Part shown: positions 32,056-42,139 of the stretch, in pieces
How the letters are laid out: every line of letters begins with the position of its first letter
How positions within the stretch are numbered: the first letter of the stretch is position 1
Program-made: the position numbers and the translations under genes
From: Chitinophaga pinensis
GTDB taxonomy: Bacteria; Bacteroidota; Bacteroidia; NS11-12g; UBA955
Reading direction: 5' to 3'
Assembly: GCA_945877575.1 (NCBI GenBank)
Contig: CAMDUE010000003.1
Span: 88,174 to 152,173 of the forward strand
DNA length: 64,000 nt
Notes under the pieces: generated by a model
What the model was told of the DNA's origin: nothing
The model's database searches: none
The model's input: the letters and a program-made list of their open reading frames with translations, nothing else

Positions 32056-32972
32056 TGCGGTAATTTATAATTTGAACTTGATATCCAATGGGATAAATCT
32101 CGATTCATGATGCTCGACAATTGAATTACATCGTTTTTGTAAAATTCTATTAATTCAGGGTAATATTTTGTATGACCCAATTCAATTTCCGACGGCTTCA
32201 CATTACTAGATAAATTTTCAACTAATAACTTTCTTTTTGAACGCGATATATATTTATTTAATAATTTAAATAAGAAATTTCCAAAATAATTGTTTTTTAA
32301 TCTCTTAATTAAATTCTTTATTTGATCAGGAATTACACTTTTCACTACCAAGAAACTAATTTTCTCAGACAAATCTTCGACTTCAAGAAAATTAAATATT
32401 TTCGACAATTCCAATGCACCGTTTTTCTTCAAATTCTCAAAATCCATGAGATAAATCTCCTTAAACATTTCTCGATACTCAATTATTGAATCGCAGTATA
32501 GACCTTTATGAAGCTTTGACCTTTCTCCGTTATAGGCTTTGATTAATTCAGCATTGATAAAATCGTCATATGATATTGTTAGTCTTTCTTTATTCTTCAA
32601 TAACACATACTCAGAAAACAATCTATCAATAGGATTTCTTACACAAACAATGATTTTTGAATTCTCATTAAACGAATGTATCACTTTTGCATTTCCTGGG
32701 CGATACATATAATGCGAGCTCTCTCCAACTATTTTTTCTTTTTTTACAGCTGAAAACAACGAGATATAGCTATCATATGTTCTATACTTGCCTTTTTCTA
32801 TGTACTCTTGATAAACATTTAAATCTCCTTCTTTCCTCAATAGTTCGGATGTGAAAAATTGAGGTTCTTTAATTTCAGACATAAAAATATCTGGATGTAA
32901 ATTTAATGTAAGATGCAAACTGGTAGTAGCAGCCCTTTGGGCTCCTATAATAAAAAGATTAGGTTTCCTCAT
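32052..32972 (-). CDS. sulfotransferase (Sulfotransfer_1-like)
   Basis: The 5'-PSB motif is IIGAQRAATTSL. The 3'-PB motif is VRNPIDRLFSEY. Confidence 0.8.
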   Translation of the reverse strand: MRKPNLFIIGAQRAATTSLHLTLNLHPDIFMSEIKEPQFFTSELLRKEGDLNVYQEYIEKGKYRTYDSYISLFSAVKKEKIVGESSHYMYRPGNAKVIHSFNENSKIIVCVRNPIDRLFSEYVLLKNKERLTISYDDFINAELIKAYNGERSKLHKGLYCDSIIEYREMFKEIYLMDFENLKKNGALELSKIFNFLEVEDLSEKISFLVVKSVIPDQIKNLIKRLKNNYFGNFLFKLLNKYISRSKRKLLVENLSSNVKPSEIELGHTKYYPELIEFYKNDVIQLSSIMNRDLSHWISSSNYKLPQ

Positions 32973-33777
32973 TTTTTATTATCTCCGTATTGAATTTTCT
33001 AATAGGACCCATTAACAAGTAGGCAAGCAACCATTCATTTCTATGAAACCATCTGTAATCGTAAACAATTCTGTCGATATCAGAAGTTAATCTGGAATTA
33101 TTACCGGTTAAAATATGATGAACAGAATCAGCTTTTTTGGGGTTGATAATATTTAAGGGATTATTTAATCCATTCACCTTATTGAGAAACATAAAAGTCG
33201 GCTCAATGGCCCATTTTTCATAACTCATTAAAATAGAATTAAGTTGGTTATCATTTAAGAATTTTATAAGCCTTTGGTGTTGTTGCCACCAAAAAAAGTG
33301 ATGTCTAAAACCTGGTAATTTTCTACGGACGCCTTTTTTCAGTGCATTATCAATTTGAGAAACCGTATAATTTCGAACATCTTTTACTAAATGTATTACT
33401 CGTAAATCTACATTCTCAAATTCCATCCATGGGGAAATACCTTTGATGTATTTAGATGAATCAACAATTGTAAATTCCGGATATTGATTCATGCAAAATT
33501 TCACCAATTCCGAATATGCATTCTGCAATCCATGATTCAAATTCCAAATTGAAAATATCTCGCTCCAAAAATTACAGGATGCAGCAGATTGACCACAAGA
33601 ACAAATCTCCTTCATCAGTACATCTTTATCCGATAAATATTTTAGCCAGGTGAGATGTATCTCACCTAATGACAAAAAGCCCTTCTCTTTGCATAAATAT
33701 CGACTCAAAATCGTAGTCCCAGAATGACTTGATGAAGCAATATAGCAAACTCTTACAGGTTCATTTTGTTTTCCCAT
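32959..33777 (-). CDS. sulfotransferase
   Basis: The 5'-PSB motif is SSSHSGTTIL. Confidence 0.65.
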   Translation of the reverse strand: MGKQNEPVRVCYIASSSHSGTTILSRYLCKEKGFLSLGEIHLTWLKYLSDKDVLMKEICSCGQSAASCNFWSEIFSIWNLNHGLQNAYSELVKFCMNQYPEFTIVDSSKYIKGISPWMEFENVDLRVIHLVKDVRNYTVSQIDNALKKGVRRKLPGFRHHFFWWQQHQRLIKFLNDNQLNSILMSYEKWAIEPTFMFLNKVNGLNNPLNIINPKKADSVHHILTGNNSRLTSDIDRIVYDYRWFHRNEWLLAYLLMGPIRKFNTEIIKNEET

Positions 33778-34766
33778 ATTGATACTGCTTTTTTAACTGA
33801 ATATTCATTTCTCACATGCATTTGAGCATTAAACCCTATTTCATTCCTTAGTTTGGTGTTGTGAATCAATAAACGAATTTGACTGATCCAGTCGTCAGAC
33901 TTATCACACAACATGCCTGTAACACCGTTGTTAATATACGCGTTCATCCCCAATATGTTACTAGCAACTGTTGGTACACCGCAGGCTCCATATTCTAGAG
34001 CTTTAAAACCGCACTTGTACAAATTGAAATTTTGCTCCAACAAGGGATAGATACCAATATCAAATTTACCAATCCAAGAACTAACCTCTTGAGTGTCTGA
34101 CCAATTCAAATCTTCAATCATAGCAAACTTATCGGTTAATTTTAAACTTTCAATCAAAGAAAACAATTTATTGCAGTTTTTCACACCAATAAAACAAAAT
34201 TGCAAGGGTGTTTCTAAATAATGCTTGGTCAATGGTGTAACAATCTCATTTACAAACCAAATTAACTCCTCCTCATAATGCGATCCATTGCCTATCCATC
34301 CAACAATCACTTTTTTATCATTCAATTTTAAATTGTACTGACCATATAAATCAACATCAATGCAGGTTGGAATTAAAAAACTATTTTTATTATATAAAAG
34401 ACAATAATTTAACAGATTGATATTCCCACAAGATATTCCATGTACCGATTCAGAAAACCTTTGGAAATTTTTTAAAGTAACCTCTGAAAATGACCTCGAA
34501 GGAAAATCATCAATGTCTAAATAAATCGATTTCCCTAAATACTTCAAATACCACAACAAATATAAATGCCACCTAGAAAATACCTTTTGGAAAATAATTA
34601 TTTGATAATTGTGAACTGTGAAAAATAAAATTAATATGTCAAGTGGATTGTTTGACACTTTAATTTTAGTTTGAAGTTTGTTTATTCTCGGGAATACCCA
34701 AAAAACCCTGGCTCTACTGCTGGCTTTATTAATATCGCCAACGGAAACAACCAATAATTTTTTCAT
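33753..34766 (-). CDS. glycosyltransferase (GT-B, family 4-like)
   Basis: The C-terminal region is GACGVPTVASNILGMNAYINNGVTG. Confidence 0.6.
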   Translation of the reverse strand: MKKLLVVSVGDINKASSRARVFWVFPRINKLQTKIKVSNNPLDILILFFTVHNYQIIIFQKVFSRWHLYLLWYLKYLGKSIYLDIDDFPSRSFSEVTLKNFQRFSESVHGISCGNINLLNYCLLYNKNSFLIPTCIDVDLYGQYNLKLNDKKVIVGWIGNGSHYEEELIWFVNEIVTPLTKHYLETPLQFCFIGVKNCNKLFSLIESLKLTDKFAMIEDLNWSDTQEVSSWIGKFDIGIYPLLEQNFNLYKCGFKALEYGACGVPTVASNILGMNAYINNGVTGMLCDKSDDWISQIRLLIHNTKLRNEIGFNAQMHVRNEYSVKKAVSIWENKMNL

Positions 34767-35860
34767 TGAAAATTCAATAGAATCTCGTTCAACATAGTTC
34801 TTGCATTCTCCTCTGAGTAGCTGTTCAAAATCTTCGATCTAGAATCACTTATTTTGAAAAAATAATCTTTCTCTCTCAAAGCTTTATAATTTGCAATGAA
34901 CCTTAACGTTTTATAAATCCTTGAATAATCAAAATTATTTACTTCGAAAAAACTCTGTTTATCAAGAAATTCTCTACCTCCGCCTGCTGAAGACCCTACA
35001 ATAATGTTTCCGCAAGCAATTGCTTCAGCCAATGGCAATCCAAATCCTTCGAATTCCGAAAAACTAAGAAAAACATGTGAACTAAGCAGAATCGAGAACA
35101 CATCTTCTTGTGGTAATCCATCAATCTTTATAAATTCAAAATCATCTGTTTTTACATTTTTATGATTCAAATAATTCAATAATGCACCGAAGAAATTATT
35201 ACCTCGTCTAGGCATATAAGCTATTTTTAATTTACTTGAATGTGATTTTTTTTCTAATAGTTCTTCATCTGCAACTTGCAAATAGAGTTTAGGATTTAAA
35301 ATCACTGTAAATCTATGTAAATTCTTGTTTTCTGTCTGTAATAATGGATTATTTGAACCTATCAAATTGTACATTATCTGAAAATTCAACTGAGAAAAGC
35401 AAATCAAATGAACCTTTTCATTTTTAAACAACCTTAATAATCTATCAATTAATTGATTTTCTTTATTCAATAAAAAATAGGAATTTTGAATTGCAAACCA
35501 AACATTGAATTCTTCCTCAATAATTTTTAACGTTTGATTGGATAGCCAAGTTTCTGGAAAAATGAGTAAATCTTCGTTTTTATTAATTTCAATTACATCA
35601 GAGTAAATAATGGAATACACAAATTGCTTTAGTCTGCTCTTAATTGACTTTTGATACAAATAATCCAATTTGTTAGGGAAGTATTTTACAGTGGTTTGAT
35701 TGCTAAACCAACTTAATTTAAATCTGGGATTTTTATGAACAACGCATGCCTCAATATTCATTGAATTAAGAGTATCAGACATCCAATAAATCATTTTGCG
35801 CCCGCCTGAAGGAGCCTCTAAATCATGACAAAAAAACAATACTCGTTTGAATCTAAACAT
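34763..35860 (-). CDS. glycosyltransferase family 4
   Basis: EFEGFGLPLAEAIACGNIIV. Confidence 0.7.
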   Translation of the reverse strand: MFRFKRVLFFCHDLEAPSGGRKMIYWMSDTLNSMNIEACVVHKNPRFKLSWFSNQTTVKYFPNKLDYLYQKSIKSRLKQFVYSIIYSDVIEINKNEDLLIFPETWLSNQTLKIIEEEFNVWFAIQNSYFLLNKENQLIDRLLRLFKNEKVHLICFSQLNFQIMYNLIGSNNPLLQTENKNLHRFTVILNPKLYLQVADEELLEKKSHSSKLKIAYMPRRGNNFFGALLNYLNHKNVKTDDFEFIKIDGLPQEDVFSILLSSHVFLSFSEFEGFGLPLAEAIACGNIIVGSSAGGGREFLDKQSFFEVNNFDYSRIYKTLRFIANYKALREKDYFFKISDSRSKILNSYSEENARTMLNEILLNFQ

Positions 35861-35866
35861 AAATTC

Positions 35867-36676
35867 TCAACTTCCCGAATTTTGAAAATAATCGGTTAAT
35901 TTAGAAATAATTTCAGCTTTTGATGAATTTCCTAAAAACCCATTATTGATATAATACTTATTGAACCAATCAAAATTAAAATCGACTTTTGTATTCAAGA
36001 AAGTCTCCAATTTAGGAATATAATTAATTGCAGTGTACTTAGAATCAAATAAATTATCATAATCAATGATTAATAAGGATTCACTGCCAAACTTTGAAAC
36101 AATATTATCAATTTGCCATTGATATTGGCCCAACTTCAGTGCATTAAAAACAGGTCTCGAACTAAATTCTACCTCACAAAATCTCTCTAATGAAAAACTC
36201 TCATTTTCAGAGAGAAACTTAAATACCTTTTTATTGTACTCGGTAGGGTATTTTTTAAGAATATATTGAACTTTAGAGGAGAAATAATAGTTATATGCTA
36301 AAAAAAATCTTTCAATTGGATCTCGTTTAATGAATACAAAAATTTTCTTGGCTTCTAATGAAGCTATGCGATCTAAATTTAATCCTTCTGTGCAATAATC
36401 CCAACTTAAGTCTATATTCACATCAACCAAATTACTTTTCTTTGTTGATTTGAATGATTTTTTATAAAAATCTAAGGATTTGCTTTCAAATAAACCACTG
36501 TTGAAGAAATTAGCTTCACGGCCGAGGTTGCTATAATTCAAATTTAAACTTTTACTTAAACTTTGTGTAAATTCAAACCCGCCACAATGTTGACCACCCA
36601 CAACGAACAAAAATGCACCTTCATCCACCAATTTTAGTTTGTTTTTTGATATAAGTTTTTGTATAAGCATTCCCAA
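35867..36676 (-). CDS. sulfotransferase
   Basis: The 3'-PB motif is IKRDPIERFFLAY. The N-terminal P-loop-like stretch is VVGGQHCGG. Confidence 0.55.
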   Translation of the reverse strand: MGMLIQKLISKNKLKLVDEGAFLFVVGGQHCGGFEFTQSLSKSLNLNYSNLGREANFFNSGLFESKSLDFYKKSFKSTKKSNLVDVNIDLSWDYCTEGLNLDRIASLEAKKIFVFIKRDPIERFFLAYNYYFSSKVQYILKKYPTEYNKKVFKFLSENESFSLERFCEVEFSSRPVFNALKLGQYQWQIDNIVSKFGSESLLIIDYDNLFDSKYTAINYIPKLETFLNTKVDFNFDWFNKYYINNGFLGNSSKAEIISKLTDYFQNSGS

Positions 36677-36743
36677 GATTTTGTGGGGCGAAATAAACCA
36701 ATTCTTATTATCGATATATCACTGAATTATTGTTTTACAAATG

Positions 36744-38414
36744 CTACAACTCTGTGACTCTATCGGCAACTTCATCAAACTCGTTATCGTGTGTGATAAC
36801 AATCACAAATTTGTCTTTCTTGAGTTTGTTGATTTCGTTCAAAACTAGTTTGGTTGAATCAGTATCTAATTGGCTCGATGGCTCATCAAAAATCCAAACA
36901 TCAGAATCAGTCAAAAGACTCCTCATCAAATTAACTCGCTGAAGCTCTCCTGCACTCAATTGAGACTCTAGCGGGGGTGTTTCAGACAATTGAAACAGAT
37001 TCTGAATGTTTAAGTTAGAGGAAATTGAATTAATGCCAAACTCATTCTTTGCATCTGAATGAAAACAGCTGTGATAGTATTTCAATTCTCCAGAAAACAG
37101 AAAATACCGACCTCCAGAATAACTAGTTGCCATTCTTAGGGAGTTAAAATCATCTTCTGAAGGTTGAATACCATCAAACAAAATATGCCCGTTTACAGGT
37201 TGTATTAACCCAACAAACAACCTAATTAAAGTAGATTTCCCCTTACCACTTTGTCCTTTGATTATATGTAACTCCCCTCGATTAAATGTTAAATTAATGT
37301 TATGCAGGATGATTTTGTTTGAATTCGGATAACTAAAACAAACATCCTCGAACACAATTTTTTCAAATTGGAAAACTGTATTTCTAACTTCGGTTGGTTT
37401 CTTATGACTAGCATGAGTTTCCAAAAAATCTGTAATCAACTTGACTGAACCGAATGACATTAAAAAGCTATTCCAACTGTTTTGTATGATCACAGAATTC
37501 CCCATGATTCTATACAACAGCAATAAAGGTAAAATTGTACTTTTAATCTCGAGACCGAAATACACCACTTCTATAAAAACAACAAACAAGACTACCGAAA
37601 GAGATAAAAATTCTCTTGAACTCATTGCGAAAGATTGCAATCTGCCCATCTTTTCGTATTCAACCTCTACATCTTTGGAAACATCGTTAAACTCTTTATT
37701 AGGGTCTGTAAAATTACCGTTGATTTTAAAATACTCCCAATTATAAATAAAGTTGCTTATTGTTTTTGAAAGCCTTCCTTGTAGTTGGGCAATATTTGCA
37801 GATGAATTTTTAGTCAGTGAATAAATTTTTCGATAAATAATAAACACGAAAAAAGAACATATCAAAATCAATAAAGTGAATTTGGTATAAAGCAAGATTG
37901 CCAGAATAAAATATGAGGCGACTTGAATTACTCCGCTCCAAGACTTGAAATAAGAATCAAAAGCACCGAATAATTTTTGTACCTCATTATTCAATAAAGA
38001 ATACAGAGAATCGCTGCTCAAATCATGAAAAGTAGAAAATTCTAAATTAAAAACCGAAGTATAAATTCTTTGTCTAATTGATTTGATAAAATAGGAACGC
38101 ATTTGTATTCGTATGAAATTCAAACTAAAACGCATAATTGCTTTTAATAAAAAAACAACAACCACAAAAACTATTGCCTCTCTTAACTCTAAATTAAAAT
38201 CCAAATTGAACCTGGATAATAATCCAACACTGCTGTTACCAAAAGAATAGTGTAAATCATTTCCATTACTGTTTAAAAGGGGAACTATTATTCCAATACC
38301 AAAACCATCAAAAATTGCAATTAGTAATGACAACAGTAAAATAATGAACACTGATTTTCGCCTAGAATATTTAACTAGAATATTCGGCTTAAATAGAGAC
38401 TTTAAATTTATCAT
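36744..38414 (-). CDS. ABC exporter with fused TMD and NBD (MsbA/PglK/Wzk-like), a candidate flippase for the lipid-linked oligosaccharide
   Basis: The N-terminal half has 6 TM helices. Walker A is GQSGKGKST. The variant signature motif is LSAGELQR. Walker B is IFDEPSSQLD. Confidence 0.75.
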   Translation of the reverse strand: MINLKSLFKPNILVKYSRRKSVFIILLLSLLIAIFDGFGIGIIVPLLNSNGNDLHYSFGNSSVGLLSRFNLDFNLELREAIVFVVVVFLLKAIMRFSLNFIRIQMRSYFIKSIRQRIYTSVFNLEFSTFHDLSSDSLYSLLNNEVQKLFGAFDSYFKSWSGVIQVASYFILAILLYTKFTLLILICSFFVFIIYRKIYSLTKNSSANIAQLQGRLSKTISNFIYNWEYFKINGNFTDPNKEFNDVSKDVEVEYEKMGRLQSFAMSSREFLSLSVVLFVVFIEVVYFGLEIKSTILPLLLLYRIMGNSVIIQNSWNSFLMSFGSVKLITDFLETHASHKKPTEVRNTVFQFEKIVFEDVCFSYPNSNKIILHNINLTFNRGELHIIKGQSGKGKSTLIRLFVGLIQPVNGHILFDGIQPSEDDFNSLRMATSYSGGRYFLFSGELKYYHSCFHSDAKNEFGINSISSNLNIQNLFQLSETPPLESQLSAGELQRVNLMRSLLTDSDVWIFDEPSSQLDTDSTKLVLNEINKLKKDKFVIVITHDNEFDEVADRVTEL

Positions 38415-40978
38415 TATTTAAATGTAAAGAAGGCTCTAAATGGCATTACAACTATATGCACCAAGAATGAAAGAGTTTTATTAATGACTGTTGGATTTTT
38501 ATTATTATCGCTTCCATTTGAGTTATAAGCGAGGTATTTAGAATCATAATTATAGTTGTACGCCCCATAGTCATGAAAATAGTAATTCCCTAATGTGTAA
38601 TAGGCACCACTGTAATTTGAGTAAGCCTTTAAATTACCGTATCCATAATCATAACCATAACCATAACCAGCAATACCACCTTTGACCCCGTTTAACAAGC
38701 AGGCGATGTTGTTTGATTTGCTTAATTTCTTGAATGTCAAAGCAATTTCCTTGACTTTATTCAACTCGGAAACACCAAAGCGAACCACAAAAATACTTAA
38801 ATCAGCAAAACGAGAAACCTCAAGAGAGTCACTCACCAAACCTATTGGTGGACAATCAAAAATGATAATATCAAACTTACTTTTTAAGTCATCCATAACT
38901 TCCAACATTCGGTCTGAAGCTAATAGTTCTAGTGGATTTGGCGGGATAGGACCTGAGGAAATAATAGACAAATTTTCATACCCTACATCTTTAATCACTT
39001 GATCAACAGTTATTTGTGAATTTGAAAGCAAATTACTCAGTCCTATTTCACGTTTGGATATGTTGAAGTTCCTACTAATGCCTGGTTTCCGTAAGTCACC
39101 CTCAATAACTAGCGTTTTCTTACCTGAAATAGCATAAACAGCTCCTAAATTTAAACTGCAAAATGACTTACCCTCTGTTGAAATTGAACTGGTAATGAGT
39201 ATGACTTTCGTATTGATACTTTCTTCAGTGATGAATCCTATGTTGGTTCTAATACTTCTGAATTGTTCTGCAACAATATTTCTTGAATTATCTTGTTCAA
39301 TAACCAACGAAGATTTATCAGATGTTTCAGTGTATATGATGGAACCTAAAATTGGAATATTTAATACTTCACGTAATTCACCTACATTATAAACCTTATT
39401 TCTCAAGATGCTTTTGACCACCAAGATTATCGTTACCAAAAGAAATCCAATAAACGTGAAAAGTATTTGTGTAAGTTTTACCTGAGGAACAACTAGTTTC
39501 TCTCCGGTAGTATTTTCTAAAATCCTGACATTAGATAAGGTTCCAGCCATTTGTATTGCCGACTCCTCTCTTTTTTGGAGAAGATATTGATACAGTGAGT
39601 TTAAAACATTTTGTTGCCTCGTTAAATTTAGCAAAGTCCTTTCCTTTTCAGGAATTGACCTAATTAATTTGTTATAATTAGTATTGGTTCCAGACCGGTC
39701 TTGTAAAATTCCTTCTTTTATTTTATATAGATTTTCCAAGGAATTATCTATTAGATTATCTATGGCCGTTCTAACTAAGTTTAACTCCGATTTAACAACA
39801 CCTAACTGATTGTTTTTATTTCCCACCAAACTATTAAGCTTGTTGTAGTTTAATTTCAATTCATTAAATCGATCAAAATAGGGTTGTATCTGCCTCATAT
39901 TACCCTCGCTCAGACCCGTTAATCCTGGGGCAATTTGATCTGATGCAACACCACGCAAAATGTAACTTTTGATTTGTTTTAAAACAATTATTTCAAATTC
40001 AAATTCCCAAATTTTATTATCACTCAATCTCATTTTATCTAAGAAATACTCAGACTCTTTAGATAATCTTGAAATATCATTAGTACTTTTAAATACTTCA
40101 ATTCTTCTTTCTATTGTGTCTAAATCTCTTCCCAGAAAATCTAGCCTGCGATCAATAAATTCTACAGTAAATTTCGCTTTTTTCCGTTTCTCAGATTGAG
40201 TGTAGCTTTGATAGCTTTCAACCAGAGAATTCAACATTTTTTCCGAATACCGTGGTGAAACTGATTCTGCAAATAAATGAATAATAGAGCTCCTTTTATC
40301 TTTCTCTATCCTGACATTTTCTAAAAATTGCTTTGCCGCTTTCCTATTGTCTAAAATCTCAATCCAATTGTTGTTCTTGAATTGCATTTTTAAAAACTCA
40401 TCAACAATTTTATCTCCTTTTTTGAAATTATAATTTCGCCGAAAAATTAACTTATTTCCATCAATTTCAGTAATAACTTCATATTTAACTATTTTTCCTT
40501 TTACACGAAGTCTTCCATCATTCAACAGTTTGAAAGCAAACTTTGAATTGGATATTTTATCTTTATTGATTACGTCTATATAAAAAGGCAATCCCTCTAA
40601 AGGTATATTGACTTTTTTCATAACACCTTCTGACTTGATAGTAAAAAAATAACCACATTTCTCTACAGCTCCTTTGATTACTTGAAATCCCTTAATCACT
40701 CCAATTTCATCATCAATGAAGGTAGGAGATTTACCAGCCACCTGTTGCAATATTTGATCACTTGAAGTATTGGACTCATCTTTCAACAAAAGTCCAGTTT
40801 CAGTTTCAAATATCGATTGAGTGTAATTGATTTTTAGGTTACCAAGGAATAGAAATAACAGAATAAAGAATGCATATACCGGCCAAAATGGTAAAAAATC
40901 TCTTAAAACCGTATGATATATTTTTAATGCACTTTTATCGTCACTATTCTGAATATTATTTTGTTGTAATTGATCCAC
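38414..40978 (-). CDS. polysaccharide co-polymerase / tyrosine autokinase (Wzc/EpsB-type, PCP-2a)
   Basis: The Wzz-like periplasmic domain lies between two TM segments. The Walker A is ISTEGKSF, the Walker A' DxD motif is LVIEGDLRKP, and the Walker B is IIIFDCPP. The C-terminal tail is tyrosine-rich (GYGYGYDYGYG...YNYNYDSKY). Confidence 0.8.
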   Translation of the reverse strand: MDQLQQNNIQNSDDKSALKIYHTVLRDFLPFWPVYAFFILLFLFLGNLKINYTQSIFETETGLLLKDESNTSSDQILQQVAGKSPTFIDDEIGVIKGFQVIKGAVEKCGYFFTIKSEGVMKKVNIPLEGLPFYIDVINKDKISNSKFAFKLLNDGRLRVKGKIVKYEVITEIDGNKLIFRRNYNFKKGDKIVDEFLKMQFKNNNWIEILDNRKAAKQFLENVRIEKDKRSSIIHLFAESVSPRYSEKMLNSLVESYQSYTQSEKRKKAKFTVEFIDRRLDFLGRDLDTIERRIEVFKSTNDISRLSKESEYFLDKMRLSDNKIWEFEFEIIVLKQIKSYILRGVASDQIAPGLTGLSEGNMRQIQPYFDRFNELKLNYNKLNSLVGNKNNQLGVVKSELNLVRTAIDNLIDNSLENLYKIKEGILQDRSGTNTNYNKLIRSIPEKERTLLNLTRQQNVLNSLYQYLLQKREESAIQMAGTLSNVRILENTTGEKLVVPQVKLTQILFTFIGFLLVTIILVVKSILRNKVYNVGELREVLNIPILGSIIYTETSDKSSLVIEQDNSRNIVAEQFRSIRTNIGFITEESINTKVILITSSISTEGKSFCSLNLGAVYAISGKKTLVIEGDLRKPGISRNFNISKREIGLSNLLSNSQITVDQVIKDVGYENLSIISSGPIPPNPLELLASDRMLEVMDDLKSKFDIIIFDCPPIGLVSDSLEVSRFADLSIFVVRFGVSELNKVKEIALTFKKLSKSNNIACLLNGVKGGIAGYGYGYDYGYGNLKAYSNYSGAYYTLGNYYFHDYGAYNYNYDSKYLAYNSNGSDNNKNPTVINKTLSFLVHIVVMPFRAFFTFK

Positions 40979-41304
40979 AAATTTTTAGATTGAAGGGTTA
41001 TTTTGAATGATTAATCCGTTAACTCTTTCAAATTTATGTCTCCATTGTTAATTGTGTGTTAATTTAGAGTTTATACTTTGAGAATCTATGAGTTTACCAT
41101 TTTTTGAATGGCACTTAATGGCACCTTATTAATATCGGCATCTCCTACGAAATGTGAACGCCAAGAAATATTGGAAATAACAGAAGTAAATATTGATTAT
41201 TTCTCATCCAATAATGATTGGAGTGAAGTGGGAGTTAAATCTAGAATCTGGGCCTGAAAAGGAGAATGTCATTCACATCAACAAAGGAGATGACCGCACA
41301 AAAA

Positions 41305-42108
41305 TCATCTATCAATAATTGCATCCCAAAGTAGCGATCTCTGTTTCAGCGATTCGATAGAAAATTTTTCAGCTTCTGACCATTTTTGAGCGTCATCGCC
41401 ACAAAGTTGAGCCACCATTTCCAAGGCGAGGTGCGAGTGATGATCGCCATCTACCTCAATATGTCTTTCTATGTAATATTTGAATGTAGATACTTTTTCA
41501 GGGAATTCTTGGTGGATTTCTCTGAGGATTTCAACAAACATATCGGGAATCAAGTCTTCACGTCCGAAGGTAAAAACAGCAGCCTTAATATGAGCAGGTT
41601 GATTGATGGCAACATCAAACGTGAAATTCAAGAATGATTTAACTTTGGGGTGGAGTTCGGCATTTTCTATAGCATTGAAAATATTTTTATCAATGGCTTG
41701 GGACAAAAATGCTTGAATGGTTAGGGTGTCGGCACCCATTTGTTGCATGGCTTTGAGATACAATTCAAAATGCGATATTCTCACTCCGTGTTCGTCTACG
41801 TCAGATTCTTCTCCGAGTACAATTTCATTGATTAGATATCGAGTATCAGCTGTACCAACGGGCCTCCATGGCAATTCAACGCAAGTCAAATCTCTTTGGA
41901 GCGATTTCAACAAGCTCATAAAGTCCCAAACCGCATACACATGCTTTTCTGAGAACTGAATCAATCCATTGAGGTCATTGATACTCTTATACACCGGATG
42001 TTGAAGTAACAATTCTCTCTGCGCTTGGATGTTTTTCTGTAGGGATTCAATGAAATTATTTGACATGATGCTGCAAAAATACGCTGAAATGTCAGTGAAT
42101 TTTGTCAA
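41305..42108 (-). CDS. DUF3050-family (heme-oxygenase-like fold) protein
   Basis: I recognise the overall pattern (HVYAVWDFMSLLKSL...HSHLALEM) from memory. Confidence 0.45.
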   Translation of the reverse strand: MTKFTDISAYFCSIMSNNFIESLQKNIQAQRELLLQHPVYKSINDLNGLIQFSEKHVYAVWDFMSLLKSLQRDLTCVELPWRPVGTADTRYLINEIVLGEESDVDEHGVRISHFELYLKAMQQMGADTLTIQAFLSQAIDKNIFNAIENAELHPKVKSFLNFTFDVAINQPAHIKAAVFTFGREDLIPDMFVEILREIHQEFPEKVSTFKYYIERHIEVDGDHHSHLALEMVAQLCGDDAQKWSEAEKFSIESLKQRSLLWDAIIDR

Positions 42109-42139
42109 GTTTTGGTAGTGAAAAGTCTAATTTCGCACC

